Origin: Rhodobacter sp.
Lineage (GTDB): Bacteria; Pseudomonadota; Alphaproteobacteria; Rhodobacterales; Rhodobacteraceae
NCBI GenBank assembly: GCA_022824145.1
Contig: JAJEAY010000139.1
Location: 9,781-73,780, forward strand
Direction of reading: 5' to 3'
DNA length: 64,000 bases
Within the stretch, counting starts at the first letter, position 1; every line of letters begins with the position of its first letter. The notes below the pieces were generated by a model. It saw nothing but the letters and a program-made list of their open reading frames with translations, ran no database searches and was not told the DNA's origin. Shown piece after piece: positions 30,023-40,467 of this stretch. The position numbers and the translations under genes were made by a program.

Positions 30023-31006
30023 TCAGTTCAGCGCTGCGTCAGTGATGTCATGGGTCCAGCCACCCTCTGGCCAGCCTGTGATCACCGGATCGGAACCGCC
30101 AGCAAGAAGCGTGTCCACAGTCCGCTCGAAGTCAGCCGGATCCAGCGCACCGTTCGAGCCGGCGGTGAGTTTCGCGATCTCACCCATCATCCGCTTCTGG
30201 TGCTTCTCCGTCTGGGCGCCGGTTTCATCGTATTCAAGCACGATTTCGGCCGCCTCGTCTGGATTCTCCTCGGCGTACTTCCAGCCTTTCATCGACGCGC
30301 GTACAAAGCGAACAAGCCGTTGCCTGAACCCATCGTCCGAAAGCCGGTCCTCCAGTACGTAGAGACCGTCTTCCAGAGTCGCCACGCCCTGATCCTCGTA
30401 TTTGAAGACAACCAGATCCTCGGGCGCAAGCCCCGCATCGATGATCTGCCAGTATTCGTTGTAGGTCATGGTCGATACGCAGTCGGCCTGCCCGTTCAGG
30501 ATAGGATCTACATTGAAGCCCTGCTTCAGAACCTCAACCCCGTCATCCGACCCATCTGTCGGAATGCCAAGCTGCGACATCCAGCTCAGGAACGGAAACT
30601 CATTGCCGAAAAACCATACTCCGAGCGTCTTGCCCCGGAAATCCTCCGTTGAAGCGATGCCGGTGTCCTTGCGGCAGGTCAGCATCATGCCGGAAGACTT
30701 GAAAGGCTGGGCGATGTTCACCAGCGCAAGGCCTTTCTCCCTCGCGGCAAGCGCCGCCGGCATCCACTCAACCGTCACGTCGGCGCCGCCGCCGGCAATG
30801 ACCTGAGTCGGTGCGATGTCAGGACCGCCGGGCTTGATTGTGACGTTCAGATCTTCTTCTTCATAGAACCCCTTTTCCAGAGCCACGTAGTACCCCGCAA
30901 ACTGCGCCTGCGTGACCCATTTCAGCTGCAGGGTCAGGTCGTCCGCAGCAATGGCGGCGCTGGCGGTCAGCGCGAGCGCCGCGATCGTTCCAGTAAGTTT
31001 CCTCAT
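30023..31006 (-). CDS. ABC transporter substrate-binding protein (NMT1/THI5-like, NitT/TauT family)
   Basis: Signal peptide MRKLTGTIAALALTASAAIA. LQLKWVTQAQFAGYYVA is typical of the family. It sits in the pyrimidine catabolic locus. Confidence 0.85.
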   Translation of the reverse strand: MRKLTGTIAALALTASAAIAADDLTLQLKWVTQAQFAGYYVALEKGFYEEEDLNVTIKPGGPDIAPTQVIAGGGADVTVEWMPAALAAREKGLALVNIAQPFKSSGMMLTCRKDTGIASTEDFRGKTLGVWFFGNEFPFLSWMSQLGIPTDGSDDGVEVLKQGFNVDPILNGQADCVSTMTYNEYWQIIDAGLAPEDLVVFKYEDQGVATLEDGLYVLEDRLSDDGFRQRLVRFVRASMKGWKYAEENPDEAAEIVLEYDETGAQTEKHQKRMMGEIAKLTAGSNGALDPADFERTVDTLLAGGSDPVITGWPEGGWTHDITDAALN

Positions 31007-31038
31007 CAGTTTCTCCTCAAGTTCGCTGTCGATATCGA

Positions 31039-31962
31039 TCAGCTTCTCTGTGAAGGGTGCCAGAACGTGGCTCCCCTCTCCATCAACGCCACCGCACCGT
31101 AAAATGCCGAACCCGCGATGGCTGCTACGGTTATCTCGGCCCAGACCATGTCCAGCCCGAGCACACCGACCTCAGTTGAAATGCGGAACCCCATCCCTCG
31201 GGTCGGGGAACCGAAATACTCTGCCACAATCGCACCGATCAGCGCCAGCGTGGTGGAAATTTTCAGTCCGTTGAAAATGAACGGCATGGCTGCCGGCAGG
31301 CGCAGCTTGGCCAGCGTCTGCCAATAGGTCGACGAATAGGTCCGCATCAGGTCGCGCTGCATTGAAGTCGTGTCCGCGAGTCCCTGAACAGTGTTGACCA
31401 GCATCGGAAAAAACACCATCGCCACCACTACAGCCGCCTTTGACTGCCAGTCAAACCCGAACCAGTTCACCAGTATCGGCGCGATGCCAACGATCGGCAG
31501 AGCCGCAACGAAGTTGCCGATAGGCAGGAGACCCCGCTGCAGGAACGGGATCCGGTCAACAGCCAGAGACACAATGAACGCAGCGCTGCAGCCGATCAAA
31601 TATCCGCTTACGGCGCCTTTTAGCGCAGTCTGCACGAAATCGCCCCAAAGCACATGGGTCGAAACCGCGAATCTCGCCGCGATCGCAGTGGGAGCCGGAA
31701 GTATGACAGGCGAGACGTCCAGTCCGAGAACCAGACATTCCCAGGCCACAAGTACAGTGATCCCGAAAATCACCGGAACCGCCAACCGTCCGGCGCGGCT
31801 GCCGCGCCACGCGGATCCTGCAATGCGTGTGTTCAGCCACCAGGTCAGCAGCCAGAATGCCAATGCAAAGACGATCGGAGTCATGCCGGCCCCCACCGCG
31901 CTGCGCCATCGGCCGATGCCACGCATCCGGCAGAATCCATCATGCGGCGGTTCATCGCGCAA
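31039..31962 (-). CDS. ABC transporter permease (NitT/TauT family)
   Basis: Multi-TM BPD_transp_1-type protein. The ORF-track start at 31962 is a TTG that overlaps the upstream gene. ATG 31926 or 31884 are plausible true starts. Confidence 0.85.
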   Translation of the reverse strand: MRDEPPHDGFCRMRGIGRWRSAVGAGMTPIVFALAFWLLTWWLNTRIAGSAWRGSRAGRLAVPVIFGITVLVAWECLVLGLDVSPVILPAPTAIAARFAVSTHVLWGDFVQTALKGAVSGYLIGCSAAFIVSLAVDRIPFLQRGLLPIGNFVAALPIVGIAPILVNWFGFDWQSKAAVVVAMVFFPMLVNTVQGLADTTSMQRDLMRTYSSTYWQTLAKLRLPAAMPFIFNGLKISTTLALIGAIVAEYFGSPTRGMGFRISTEVGVLGLDMVWAEITVAAIAGSAFYGAVALMERGATFWHPSQRS

Positions 31963-32818
31963 ATCCCATTCGCTTCAGCGTAACCGCCTGCAGGCTAGCC
32001 ACAGCGCTCACAAGAACTCCGGCCAGGCATGCGGCCATGACCAGCGCCGACCAGATCATGATCGGGTTACCGAACTGGTCACCAATCAGGATCCTGGCTC
32101 CGAGTCCCTGAATCGCGCCGGTCGGCAGTTCCCCCACGATCGTTCCCACCAGCGCAGCCGCGATCCCGATCTTCAGCGACGTGAAAAAATACGGCATCGA
32201 AGAGGGAAACCGCAGCTTCCAGAACGTCTGCCATCCGTTTGAACCATAGGTTTTGAGAAGATCCAGCTGCGTTCCGTCCGGGCTGCTCAGCCCTTTCGAC
32301 ATTCCGACCAGCACCGGGAAATAACACAGATACGCCGAAATGATCGCCTTGGGAACCGCCCGCCCATCAACTCCGATTGACGCAAGGACCACAATGATCA
32401 TCGGAGCGATGGCGACGATCGGAATGGTCTGGCTGATGATCGCCCACGGCATCAGCGCCATGTTCAGGGTGCGCGAATACACGATGCCGACAGCCATCAG
32501 AACGCCAACCAGCGTTCCAAGCGTAAAGCCAGCCAGAGTCGATGAAAGAGTGACCCAGCTGTGGAAGACAAGACTGCGCTTGGAAGTCACTTTCGTGTCG
32601 ATAACCGTCTTTTTCAGTTCCGCCAGCACCTGGTGCGGCGGCGGCAGCCTGGGCCGTTCCTGGTCCATGGTGTCCGCCACGATCTCCGGGAATCCGAGTT
32701 CCACACCGGCTCTTTCGGCCTGAGCCAGCGTCCACTTGGAGTTCATCCAGACCGAACCGGCATACCAGGCCACGGCAATCATGCTCACCACGGTCAGGAT
32801 CGGAAACAGGCGGCTCAT
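31952..32818 (-). CDS. ABC transporter permease (NitT/TauT family)
   Basis: Multi-TM protein. The ATG at 32818 (MSRLFPILTVV) follows GAGGA. The ORF-track start at 32863 is a GTG. Confidence 0.85.
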   Translation of the reverse strand: MSRLFPILTVVSMIAVAWYAGSVWMNSKWTLAQAERAGVELGFPEIVADTMDQERPRLPPPHQVLAELKKTVIDTKVTSKRSLVFHSWVTLSSTLAGFTLGTLVGVLMAVGIVYSRTLNMALMPWAIISQTIPIVAIAPMIIVVLASIGVDGRAVPKAIISAYLCYFPVLVGMSKGLSSPDGTQLDLLKTYGSNGWQTFWKLRFPSSMPYFFTSLKIGIAAALVGTIVGELPTGAIQGLGARILIGDQFGNPIMIWSALVMAACLAGVLVSAVASLQAVTLKRMGFAR

Positions 32819-32893
32819 GACATCCTCATCCCGGCCCAACGCCGTCCGGCGCAGCGGGAACACAGGCCTTGATGCGGTGCGGCGGGCGACATC

Positions 32894-33679
32894 TCATTCA
32901 TCATAGGCGTGCCCTGCCCTGAGTCCTTCGCGCACCCGCTGCGCCAGCGCGAAAAACTCCGGCGTATCGCGGATATCGAGCGGCCGCTCGCGCGGAAGCG
33001 TACTCTCGATCACATCCGAAATCCTTCCCGGTCTCGGGCTCATCACCACGATCCGGCTCGATAGGTAGACGGCTTCCGGAATCGAGTGGGTAACGAAGCC
33101 GATGGTTTTTCCAGTCCGCGACCACAGGCTAAGCAGCTGCTCGTTCAGATGATCGCGAACAATCTCGTCAAGTGCGCCGAATGGCTCGTCCATAAGCAGG
33201 ATTTCCGCGTCGAACGCCAGCGCCCGGGCGATGGATGCCCTCTGCTGCATGCCTCCGGAGAGCTGCCAAGGATACATCTTCTCGAATCCGGACAGTTCGA
33301 CCAGATCCAGCACCCTGGAAACGCGTTCGGCCATCTGCTCTTTCGAATACCCCATGATTTCCAGCGGAAGACGCACGTTGCCCGCGATGGTGCGCCACGG
33401 ATAGAGGCCCGCCGCCTGAAACACGTAACCGTAGGCACGGCTTTGGCGCGCCTCGTCCGGAGTCATCCCGTTCACGGAAATCTCGCCCCCTGTCGGGCTT
33501 TCCAGCCCTGCGGTGACGCGCAGAAACGTGGTCTTCCCACAACCGGACGGTCCGATGAATGAAACGAATTCCCCCTTGCCGATTTCCAGATCCACGCCCT
33601 TCAGCGCGTGAACGGGCCCGCTCCCGGTCTGAAAGGTCAGATCGAGCTTCGTTGCCGCGATCACGGTTTCCTGCGTCAC
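32894..33679 (-). CDS. ABC transporter ATP-binding protein
   Basis: GPSGCGKTT, LSGGMQQRASIARAL and LLMDEPFGALD. Confidence 0.92.
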   Translation of the reverse strand: MTQETVIAATKLDLTFQTGSGPVHALKGVDLEIGKGEFVSFIGPSGCGKTTFLRVTAGLESPTGGEISVNGMTPDEARQSRAYGYVFQAAGLYPWRTIAGNVRLPLEIMGYSKEQMAERVSRVLDLVELSGFEKMYPWQLSGGMQQRASIARALAFDAEILLMDEPFGALDEIVRDHLNEQLLSLWSRTGKTIGFVTHSIPEAVYLSSRIVVMSPRPGRISDVIESTLPRERPLDIRDTPEFFALAQRVREGLRAGHAYDE

Positions 33680-33706
33680 TCGCCTGTCCTTTCCGGAACC
33701 CAGCCG

Positions 33707-35161
33707 TCAGACGCCGGTCGCAGGAATTCCCGACCGCTCCACAGGACGCGGTGCGGTCAGTTCCTTCCAGGTCGAAAGCGCCCTGTTGACGGGATTGGCG
33801 GCTTCGCGGCTGACAAATTCGCCATGGCCTTCCTTGGTTCGGATCTCGCCGTCATGCACGGCGACATGACCTCGGGTCAGAGTGAACCGCGGCAGGCCCT
33901 TCACATGCCTGCCTTCGAAGACGTTATAGTCGATTGCCGACTGTTGGCCGGCCGCGGAGATCGTTTTCTCTCTCTCGGGATCCCAGACCACGATGTCTGC
34001 ATCGGCGCCGACCAGGATGGATCCCTTTTTTGGATAGCAGTTCAGGATTTTCGCTATGTTTGTCGAGGTCACCGCAACGAACTCGTTCGGCGTCAGCCGT
34101 CCGGTGCCCACACCATGCGTCCAGAGCATCGGCATCCTGTCCTCAAGTCCGCCGGTACCGTTGGGTATCTTGGTGAAATCTCCTACGCCGTAGCGCTTCT
34201 GCTCGGTTGTGAACGCGCAATGGTCGGTGGCGACAACCGACAGAGACCCCGACTGCAGGCCGGCCCAAAGTGAATCCTGGTGCTTTTTGTTGCGGAAAGG
34301 CGGCGACATGACCCGCCGCGCCGCGTGATCCCAATCCTCATTGAAATACTCGCTCTCGTCGAGTGTCAGGTGCTGGATCAACGGTTCGCCCCAAACGCGC
34401 TTGCCCTGCATGCGCGCCCGCCGGATTGCCTCATGCGCCTCCTCGCAGGATGTATGAACGACATAAAGCGGAACGCCGGCCATGTCGGCGATCATGATTG
34501 CCCGATTTGTCGCTTCACCCTCTACCTGGGATGGTCTGGAATAGGCATGCGCTTCCGGGCCGGAATTCCCCTCAGCAAGCAGACGGGCACTGAGTTCGGC
34601 AACGACATCGCCGTTCTCGGCGTGGACCAGCGCAATGCCACCCAGTTCCGCCAGCCTCTGGAACGATGCGTACATCTCGTCATCGTTCACCATCAGGGCA
34701 CCCTTGTAAGCCATGAAATGCTTGAACGTGGTGATTCCCTCCTTCTCGATGACCGTCGCCATTTCGTTGAACACCTGCTCGCCCCACCAGGTGACCGCCA
34801 TGTGGTAGGAATAGTCGCAGTTCGCCCGTGTGGACTTGTTGTGCCACATGCCAAGAGCGTCGTGCAGGCCCTGTCCCGGGCTTGGAAGCGCAAAATCCAC
34901 AACCATGGTGGTGCCGCCGCTCAGCGCGGCTCTTGTGCCAGACTCGAAGTCGTCAGTCGAATAGGTTCCCATGAAGGGCATTTCGAGATGGGTATGTGGA
35001 TCAATGCCGCCCGGCATGACGTAGCAGTCTGTAGCGTCAAGGACATTGCCCGCTGTGATCCCGTCTCCGATGGCGGCGATCTTTCCGTCCTCGACCAGTA
35101 CGTCGGCCCTGTAGGTCAGATCAGCGGTGACAACGGTTCCATTTCGGATAACTGTGCTCAT
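33707..35161 (-). CDS. hydA: Dihydropyrimidinase / D-hydantoinase
   Basis: GGIDPHTHLEMPF (HxH), FKHFMAYKGALMV (carbamylated-Lys region), and a length of about 484 aa. ATG at 35161 (MSTVIRNGTVV). Confidence 0.92.
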   Translation of the reverse strand: MSTVIRNGTVVTADLTYRADVLVEDGKIAAIGDGITAGNVLDATDCYVMPGGIDPHTHLEMPFMGTYSTDDFESGTRAALSGGTTMVVDFALPSPGQGLHDALGMWHNKSTRANCDYSYHMAVTWWGEQVFNEMATVIEKEGITTFKHFMAYKGALMVNDDEMYASFQRLAELGGIALVHAENGDVVAELSARLLAEGNSGPEAHAYSRPSQVEGEATNRAIMIADMAGVPLYVVHTSCEEAHEAIRRARMQGKRVWGEPLIQHLTLDESEYFNEDWDHAARRVMSPPFRNKKHQDSLWAGLQSGSLSVVATDHCAFTTEQKRYGVGDFTKIPNGTGGLEDRMPMLWTHGVGTGRLTPNEFVAVTSTNIAKILNCYPKKGSILVGADADIVVWDPEREKTISAAGQQSAIDYNVFEGRHVKGLPRFTLTRGHVAVHDGEIRTKEGHGEFVSREAANPVNRALSTWKELTAPRPVERSGIPATGV

Positions 35162-35288
35162 TGGTTTCTTCCACATTCAAGGCATGTTGCAGGCGGGAGG
35201 CGGAACCAAGATGTACGCGGGGGAACCGCTCCGGAGTTTCCGCAGGCTGAACAGTACTGTCCAGGCCAGGGCGGTGCGAAACGGAGCG

Positions 35289-36539
35289 TCATTCCACGAT
35301 CTCCGCGGTCTCGACCACGGCATGGAACAGCACCTCTGCGCCCGCCCGGGCCCATGCCGAAGAGATTTCCTCCGCTTCGTTGTGCGACAGTCCGTCCACA
35401 CAGGGGCACATGATCATCGCTGTCGGCGCCACGCGGTTGATCCAACAGGCATCATGGCCCGCACCCGAAATAATGTCGCGATGGGAGTAGCCAAGCCGTT
35501 CCGCAGCCCTGCGGACGGCAGCAACGCATCCTTCATCGAAGTTCACCGGATCGAATCCGCCGACCTTTTCGAACTCGACAGACAGTTCCATTCCGTCAGC
35601 GATCTTCTGCGCCCCGGCCCGCATGCGCCGCTCCATGTCCTCGATTACCTCAAGCTGCGGCGACCGGAAATCCACGGTGAACACCGCCCTGCCCGGTATG
35701 ACGTTGCGCGAGTTCGGATGTACCTCGATGTGACCGGCAGCGCCGACGGCATCGGGTTTGTGGCTCCAGGCGATCTCGTCAACCAGATCCAGAACCCGCG
35801 CCATTGCCAGCCCTGCGTTCCTCCGCATCGGCATGGGTGTGGAACCCGTATGTGCGTCCTTGCCGGTGATTGTGACCTGGGTCCAGCTCAGGCCCTGGCC
35901 GTGGGTGACCACGCCGATGTCCTTGCCTTCTGCTTCAAGGATTGGACCCTGCTCTATATGCAGTTCGAAGAAGGCATGCATCCTGCGGCTGCCGGTCTCT
36001 TCATCGCCGCGCCAGCCAATGCGCTGCAGTTCATCGCCGAATTTCCGGCCGTCGGCGTCCTCGCGGGAATAGGCCCAGTCCTGATCATGGATTCCGGCGA
36101 ACACGCCGCTCGCGAGCATCGCCGGTGCGAACCTCGTGCCCTCTTCATTGGTCCAGTTGACCACAACGACCGGACGGCGCGTCCTGATGTCTAGGTCGTT
36201 CAGCGTGCGGACGAGTTCCAATCCGCCGAGTACCCCCAGGACTCCATCGTATTTTCCGCCGGTCGGCTGGGTATCGAGATGCGACCCCACATAGACAGGC
36301 AATGCGTCGGGATCGGTTCCTTCGCGCCTTGCGAACATGGTTCCCATCTGGTCCAAGCCCATCGAACAGCCCGCGCCTTCGCACCATTGCCGGAACAATG
36401 CACGTCCCTCGCCGTCCTCGTCAGTCAAGGTCTGGCGGTTGTTGCCACCCGCGACGCCGGGGCCGATCTTTGCCATTTCCATGATCGACTCCCAAAGCCG
36501 ATCACCGTTGATTCGCAGGTTTTCTCCCGGCGCTGCCAT
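35289..36539 (-). CDS. M20-family Zn-dependent carbamoyl-amidohydrolase (beta-ureidopropionase / N-carbamoyl-amino-acid hydrolase type)
   Basis: GSHLDTQPTGGKYDGVLGVLGGLE is typical of the AmaB/allantoate amidohydrolase family. ATG at 36539 (MAAPGENLRING). It lies next to the dihydropyrimidinase gene. Confidence 0.88.
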   Translation of the reverse strand: MAAPGENLRINGDRLWESIMEMAKIGPGVAGGNNRQTLTDEDGEGRALFRQWCEGAGCSMGLDQMGTMFARREGTDPDALPVYVGSHLDTQPTGGKYDGVLGVLGGLELVRTLNDLDIRTRRPVVVVNWTNEEGTRFAPAMLASGVFAGIHDQDWAYSREDADGRKFGDELQRIGWRGDEETGSRRMHAFFELHIEQGPILEAEGKDIGVVTHGQGLSWTQVTITGKDAHTGSTPMPMRRNAGLAMARVLDLVDEIAWSHKPDAVGAAGHIEVHPNSRNVIPGRAVFTVDFRSPQLEVIEDMERRMRAGAQKIADGMELSVEFEKVGGFDPVNFDEGCVAAVRRAAERLGYSHRDIISGAGHDACWINRVAPTAMIMCPCVDGLSHNEAEEISSAWARAGAEVLFHAVVETAEIVE

Positions 36540-36801
36540 GGTCACGCCCTCCCCGGGACTGCGGTACCGTCGGCAAGGAAGCGCAGAAGCGAAGCAGCTG
36601 CTGACACAGCGAATCCGTCCGCAACACGTCCGCTCCACCACATATCAGACTCAGCACCGCCTTCTGCAGCGGGTTTTTCGCAACGCCAGGCATCACGCAT
36701 TCGCGACCGCCCGACCGGTGGTCCGCACATTGCTGTCATCGTTTCGTCTCCAGAACGCGGTCATGCCAAAAGAGCGCCACGAACCGCTGCCGCGAAAGAG
36801 T

Positions 36802-36817
36802 TTGACCAAATGGTCAG
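36802..36817. promoter_or_regulatory. RutR-box-like operator TTGACCAAATGGTCAG
   Basis: Matches the established RutR consensus TTGACCAnnTGGTCAA at 15 of 16 positions. It lies in the divergent region between the amidohydrolase gene and rutR. Confidence 0.6.
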
Positions 36818-36831
36818 GAATACGCTAGCAC

Positions 36832-37518
36832 TTGCGCTCTGACAGTCAAGGACTTCGACGAACTTTGACCCTATCAAAGCAGGAAACGCGCAAGGCCGAA
36901 ACCGGGTCCGTTTCTAGGCCACGGACCAGGATCCAGGAAAGAAACGTTTCGGCCATTCTCGAGGCGGCGCTAGAGGTGTTCTCACGGCACGGGTTCCGCG
37001 GCTCGACGCTTGACCGAATTGCCGAGCGGGCGCACCTGTCCAAACCCAATCTGCTGTACTACTTCGGGTCGAAAGAAGCGATTCACGTCGCGCTTCTCAG
37101 CGAACTGCTCGAGGCCTGGCTGGCGCCTCTGCGATCGCTTGATCCTGCAGGCGATCCGATCGAGGAAATCGTGGGATACGTGAAGCGAAAACTCGAAATG
37201 GCACGTGGGCTTCCGCGCGAAAGCAGGCTGTTCGCCAACGAAATCATCCAAGGGGCACCGCAGATACTGGACATTCTTGAAGGTCCGCTGAAGGATCTCG
37301 TCGATGAAAAAGCGGAACTGATCCGCCGCTGGGCGGAGGAGGGCCGCATCGCCGCCGTTGATCCGCATCACCTGATTTTCTCGATCTGGGCCACGACGCA
37401 GCACTACGCTGACTTCGATGTTCAGGTCCGCGCCGTACTTGACCCGGACGGGGACACGCATTTCGGCGGTGCCGAACGGTTTCTGGACCATCTTTACCGC
37501 AATGCGCTGGCGCCTTGA
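36832..37518 (+). CDS. rutR: TetR-family pyrimidine utilization regulator RutR
   Basis: Collinear with E. coli RutR over the whole length (..SKPNLLYYFGSKEA.., ..HHLIFSIWATTQHYADF..). The start is uncertain (TTG 36832 or TTG 36865). Confidence 0.85.
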   Translation: MRSDSQGLRRTLTLSKQETRKAETGSVSRPRTRIQERNVSAILEAALEVFSRHGFRGSTLDRIAERAHLSKPNLLYYFGSKEAIHVALLSELLEAWLAPLRSLDPAGDPIEEIVGYVKRKLEMARGLPRESRLFANEIIQGAPQILDILEGPLKDLVDEKAELIRRWAEEGRIAAVDPHHLIFSIWATTQHYADFDVQVRAVLDPDGDTHFGGAERFLDHLYRNALAP

Positions 37519-37634
37519 TGGCTTTCCGGAAGGACGGGCCTGCCGAGGCAAATGGCCAATGCAAACCGACGCTTATGCTCAGCCAGCTCTACCGTCACGT
37601 TGGCCGGCCAACGGCTCAATCCGATCGACGTACT

Positions 37635-38942
37635 CTATGCAACCGCATGTCCAGCCATTGGGTTGTTAGGATGCATGGTCCAGTCTCCGTGATCCGCGAC
37701 GACTTTTTCGCCAGTGCGTTCGTCAATTGCGCCATCCGGAAGCTGCTCCATAGTGATGCAGCCATCCACTGGGCAAACGTTGACGCAGAGATTGCAGGCC
37801 ACGCATTCGGCATCAATGACGTCGAACACCCTTTCCTTGGACATCGAGATCGCTTGGTGACTGGTGTCCTCACAGGCGGCATAGCAGCGTCCGCAACGGA
37901 TGCATGAATTCTGGTCGATGCGCGCCTTGGTGACGTAATTCAGGTTAAGATACTGCCAGTCGGTCACGTTCGGCACGGCGCGTCCGACAATGTCGGATAC
38001 CGAAGCGTGTCCTTTCGAATCCATCCAGTCGGACAGTCCGCTGATCAGCTCCTGAACGATTCTGAAGCCATAGGTCATTGCGGCAGTGCAGACCTGTACA
38101 TTGCCGGCGCCCAGACTCAGGAACTCCGCAGCATCGCGCCACGTGGTCACCCCGCCGATTCCGGAAATCGGAAGGTCCGCTGTTTCCGGATCCCGCGCGA
38201 TAGAGGCGACCATATTCAGCGCGATCGGCTTCACCGCAGGTCCGCAGTAGCCACCATGGCTTCCTTTGCCGTCGATGGACGGTTCGGGGCTGAAGGTGTC
38301 AAGATCGACGGAGGTGATCGATGAAACCGTGTTGATCAGTGAAACGGCGTCCGCCCCGCCAGCATTTGCCGCCCGCGCCGGATAGCGGATGTCGGTAATG
38401 TTTGGGGTCAGCTTGACGATCACCGGCATGCGCGTGTTCGCCTTGCACCATCGGGTCACCATCTCGATATAGTCCGGCACCTGGCCAACTGCGGATCCCA
38501 TGCCCCTCTCGCTCATTCCGTGCGGGCAGCCGAAGTTCAGTTCAATACCGTCCGCTCCCGTTTCCTCGATCACCGGAAGAATGGCTTTCCAGGCCTCTTC
38601 CGTGCATGGGACCATCAGCGAGACAACTACCGCGCGATCCGGAAAGTCACGTTTTATCGCCTTGATTTCCTTCAGATTCACCTCCAGCGGCCGGTCGGTG
38701 ATCAGTTCGATGTTATTGAGGCCCAGCAGTTGCCGGTCCGCCCCCCAAATGGCGCCGTAGCGCGGCCCGTTGACGTTTACTATCGGCGGGCCAGCCTCTC
38801 CGAGGGTCTTCCAGACCACTCCGCCCCACCCGGCTTCGAATGCGCGACGGACGTTATATTCCTTGTCCGTCGGCGGCGCGGACGCCAGCCAGAACGGGTT
38901 CGGCGACCTGATGCCGATGAATTCGCTTGTCAGATCCGGCAT
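37635..38942 (-). CDS. preA: NAD-dependent dihydropyrimidine dehydrogenase subunit PreA
   Basis: Dihydroorotate-dehydrogenase-like barrel plus two C-terminal 4Fe-4S motifs (CIRCGRCYAACED, CVACNLCVNVCPV). Confidence 0.92.
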   Translation of the reverse strand: MPDLTSEFIGIRSPNPFWLASAPPTDKEYNVRRAFEAGWGGVVWKTLGEAGPPIVNVNGPRYGAIWGADRQLLGLNNIELITDRPLEVNLKEIKAIKRDFPDRAVVVSLMVPCTEEAWKAILPVIEETGADGIELNFGCPHGMSERGMGSAVGQVPDYIEMVTRWCKANTRMPVIVKLTPNITDIRYPARAANAGGADAVSLINTVSSITSVDLDTFSPEPSIDGKGSHGGYCGPAVKPIALNMVASIARDPETADLPISGIGGVTTWRDAAEFLSLGAGNVQVCTAAMTYGFRIVQELISGLSDWMDSKGHASVSDIVGRAVPNVTDWQYLNLNYVTKARIDQNSCIRCGRCYAACEDTSHQAISMSKERVFDVIDAECVACNLCVNVCPVDGCITMEQLPDGAIDERTGEKVVADHGDWTMHPNNPMAGHAVA

Positions 38943-39135
38943 TTCCGCATCTCCTCCATTTGGTGTCCGGCAGGCTTACTGTCCGACGCGCAGCCCTGAC
39001 CGCCTGACCCGGCAGACCGCGAAGACGGCCAAGTGAATGTCCCGCCTTGGGCGCGACTGAACCGGCTCGCGTGGGCTTCACCCTTCAGCGGCCGAAATTC
39101 CGTGCGTGGAACCTGCAAGGCTTCGGATCCTGGTC

Positions 39136-40467
39136 TCATGTCAAGGCCCGGTGAATTGCTTCGGCGGCGTCGCGTCCCTGCGCGACGGCCGTCACGGTAA
39201 GGTCGTCACCGCCAGTGGCGCAGTCGCCTCCGGCCCAGACTCCCTTCAATGAGGTTGCGCCTTCGGCGTCGGACCTGATCTTCCCGCCCTCGAGCTCCAA
39301 CGCGTCAGGCACCCCGCTAAGCCGTTGGCCAATAGCCCGAAACACCTGGTCAGCGGCCAGCCGGAAGGTTTCGCCGGTCCCAGCCAGCCCGTCGGCGCCC
39401 TCACGCGTATACTCGAATTCAATCTCCTTTACGGTGTCGGTTCCGACCACAGCCACCGGCCGGGCGTTCGTCACAAGCCGGACTCCTTTCGATGTGGCCA
39501 AGTCCTGTTCGTATTCACTGGCGGAAAGCCGATCCCGCCCGCGGCGGTAGACGATCGTGACGTTTTCGGCTCCAAGCAGTTTAGACTGGACTGCGGCGTC
39601 AATGGCGGTCATTCCGCCTCCGATCACCACGACATTGCGGCCGATCTTCACCGTGGTCAGGTCTTTGGCTTGGCGCAGGTCCGCGATGAATCCAACCGCG
39701 TCAACGACATTTTCGATATCCTCGCGGTCAGCACCAAGAGAGTTGACGCCTGCAAGACCGATTCCGAGGAAAACGGCATCGTGGGTCCGCCGCAGATCAT
39801 CCAGCCACAGGTCACGCCCTAGGGCCAGGCTGTGGCGGAGCTCGATGCCTCCTATGCCCAGAAGCCAGGCGATCTCGGCCTGCGCAAAGCCGTCCACGGT
39901 CTTGTAGCTGGCAATGCCGTATTCGTTGAGACCTCCGGGTTTGTCCCGTGAATCATAAATCACCACCTCATGGCCATGCATCGCCAGCCTGTGGGCGCAG
40001 GCGAGGCTGGCCGGTCCTGCACCCACTGCCGCAATCCGTCTGCCGGTTGCGGCGGCTCGCATGAATGGATGTCCGTCGGCCTGCATCAATACGTCGGTGG
40101 CAAAGCGTTGAAGCCTGCCTATGTCGACCGGCTTTCCTTCCGCCATCTCCCGAACGCAGGCCTCTTCGCAGAGGGTTTCGGTAGGGCAGACCCGCGCGCA
40201 CATGCCACCGAGGATATTCTGTTCAAGAATCGTCCGCGCTGCCGCCTGCGGAGTTCCTGTCGCGATCTGCCGTATGAACAGAGGGATGTCGATGTCAGTG
40301 GGACATGCTTCCACGCAGGGCGCATCATGACAGAAGTAACAGCGGTCGGCGGCGACGGCGGCCTCGTGCGGATCGAAGGGTGGGTGAAGGTCTGCGAAAT
40401 TGGACGCGATCCGCTCGCGTTCCAGCCTGCCCGCGGCGACGCCGGGAGTGAGGGGCGTATTCGGCAT
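39136..40467 (-). CDS. preT: NAD-dependent dihydropyrimidine dehydrogenase subunit PreT (GltD-like)
   Basis: CYFCHDAPCVEACPT Fe-S motif and AAVGAGPASLACAH dinucleotide fold. ATG at 40467; the ORF-track start is TTG 40482. Confidence 0.9.
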   Translation of the reverse strand: MPNTPLTPGVAAGRLERERIASNFADLHPPFDPHEAAVAADRCYFCHDAPCVEACPTDIDIPLFIRQIATGTPQAAARTILEQNILGGMCARVCPTETLCEEACVREMAEGKPVDIGRLQRFATDVLMQADGHPFMRAAATGRRIAAVGAGPASLACAHRLAMHGHEVVIYDSRDKPGGLNEYGIASYKTVDGFAQAEIAWLLGIGGIELRHSLALGRDLWLDDLRRTHDAVFLGIGLAGVNSLGADREDIENVVDAVGFIADLRQAKDLTTVKIGRNVVVIGGGMTAIDAAVQSKLLGAENVTIVYRRGRDRLSASEYEQDLATSKGVRLVTNARPVAVVGTDTVKEIEFEYTREGADGLAGTGETFRLAADQVFRAIGQRLSGVPDALELEGGKIRSDAEGATSLKGVWAGGDCATGGDDLTVTAVAQGRDAAEAIHRALT

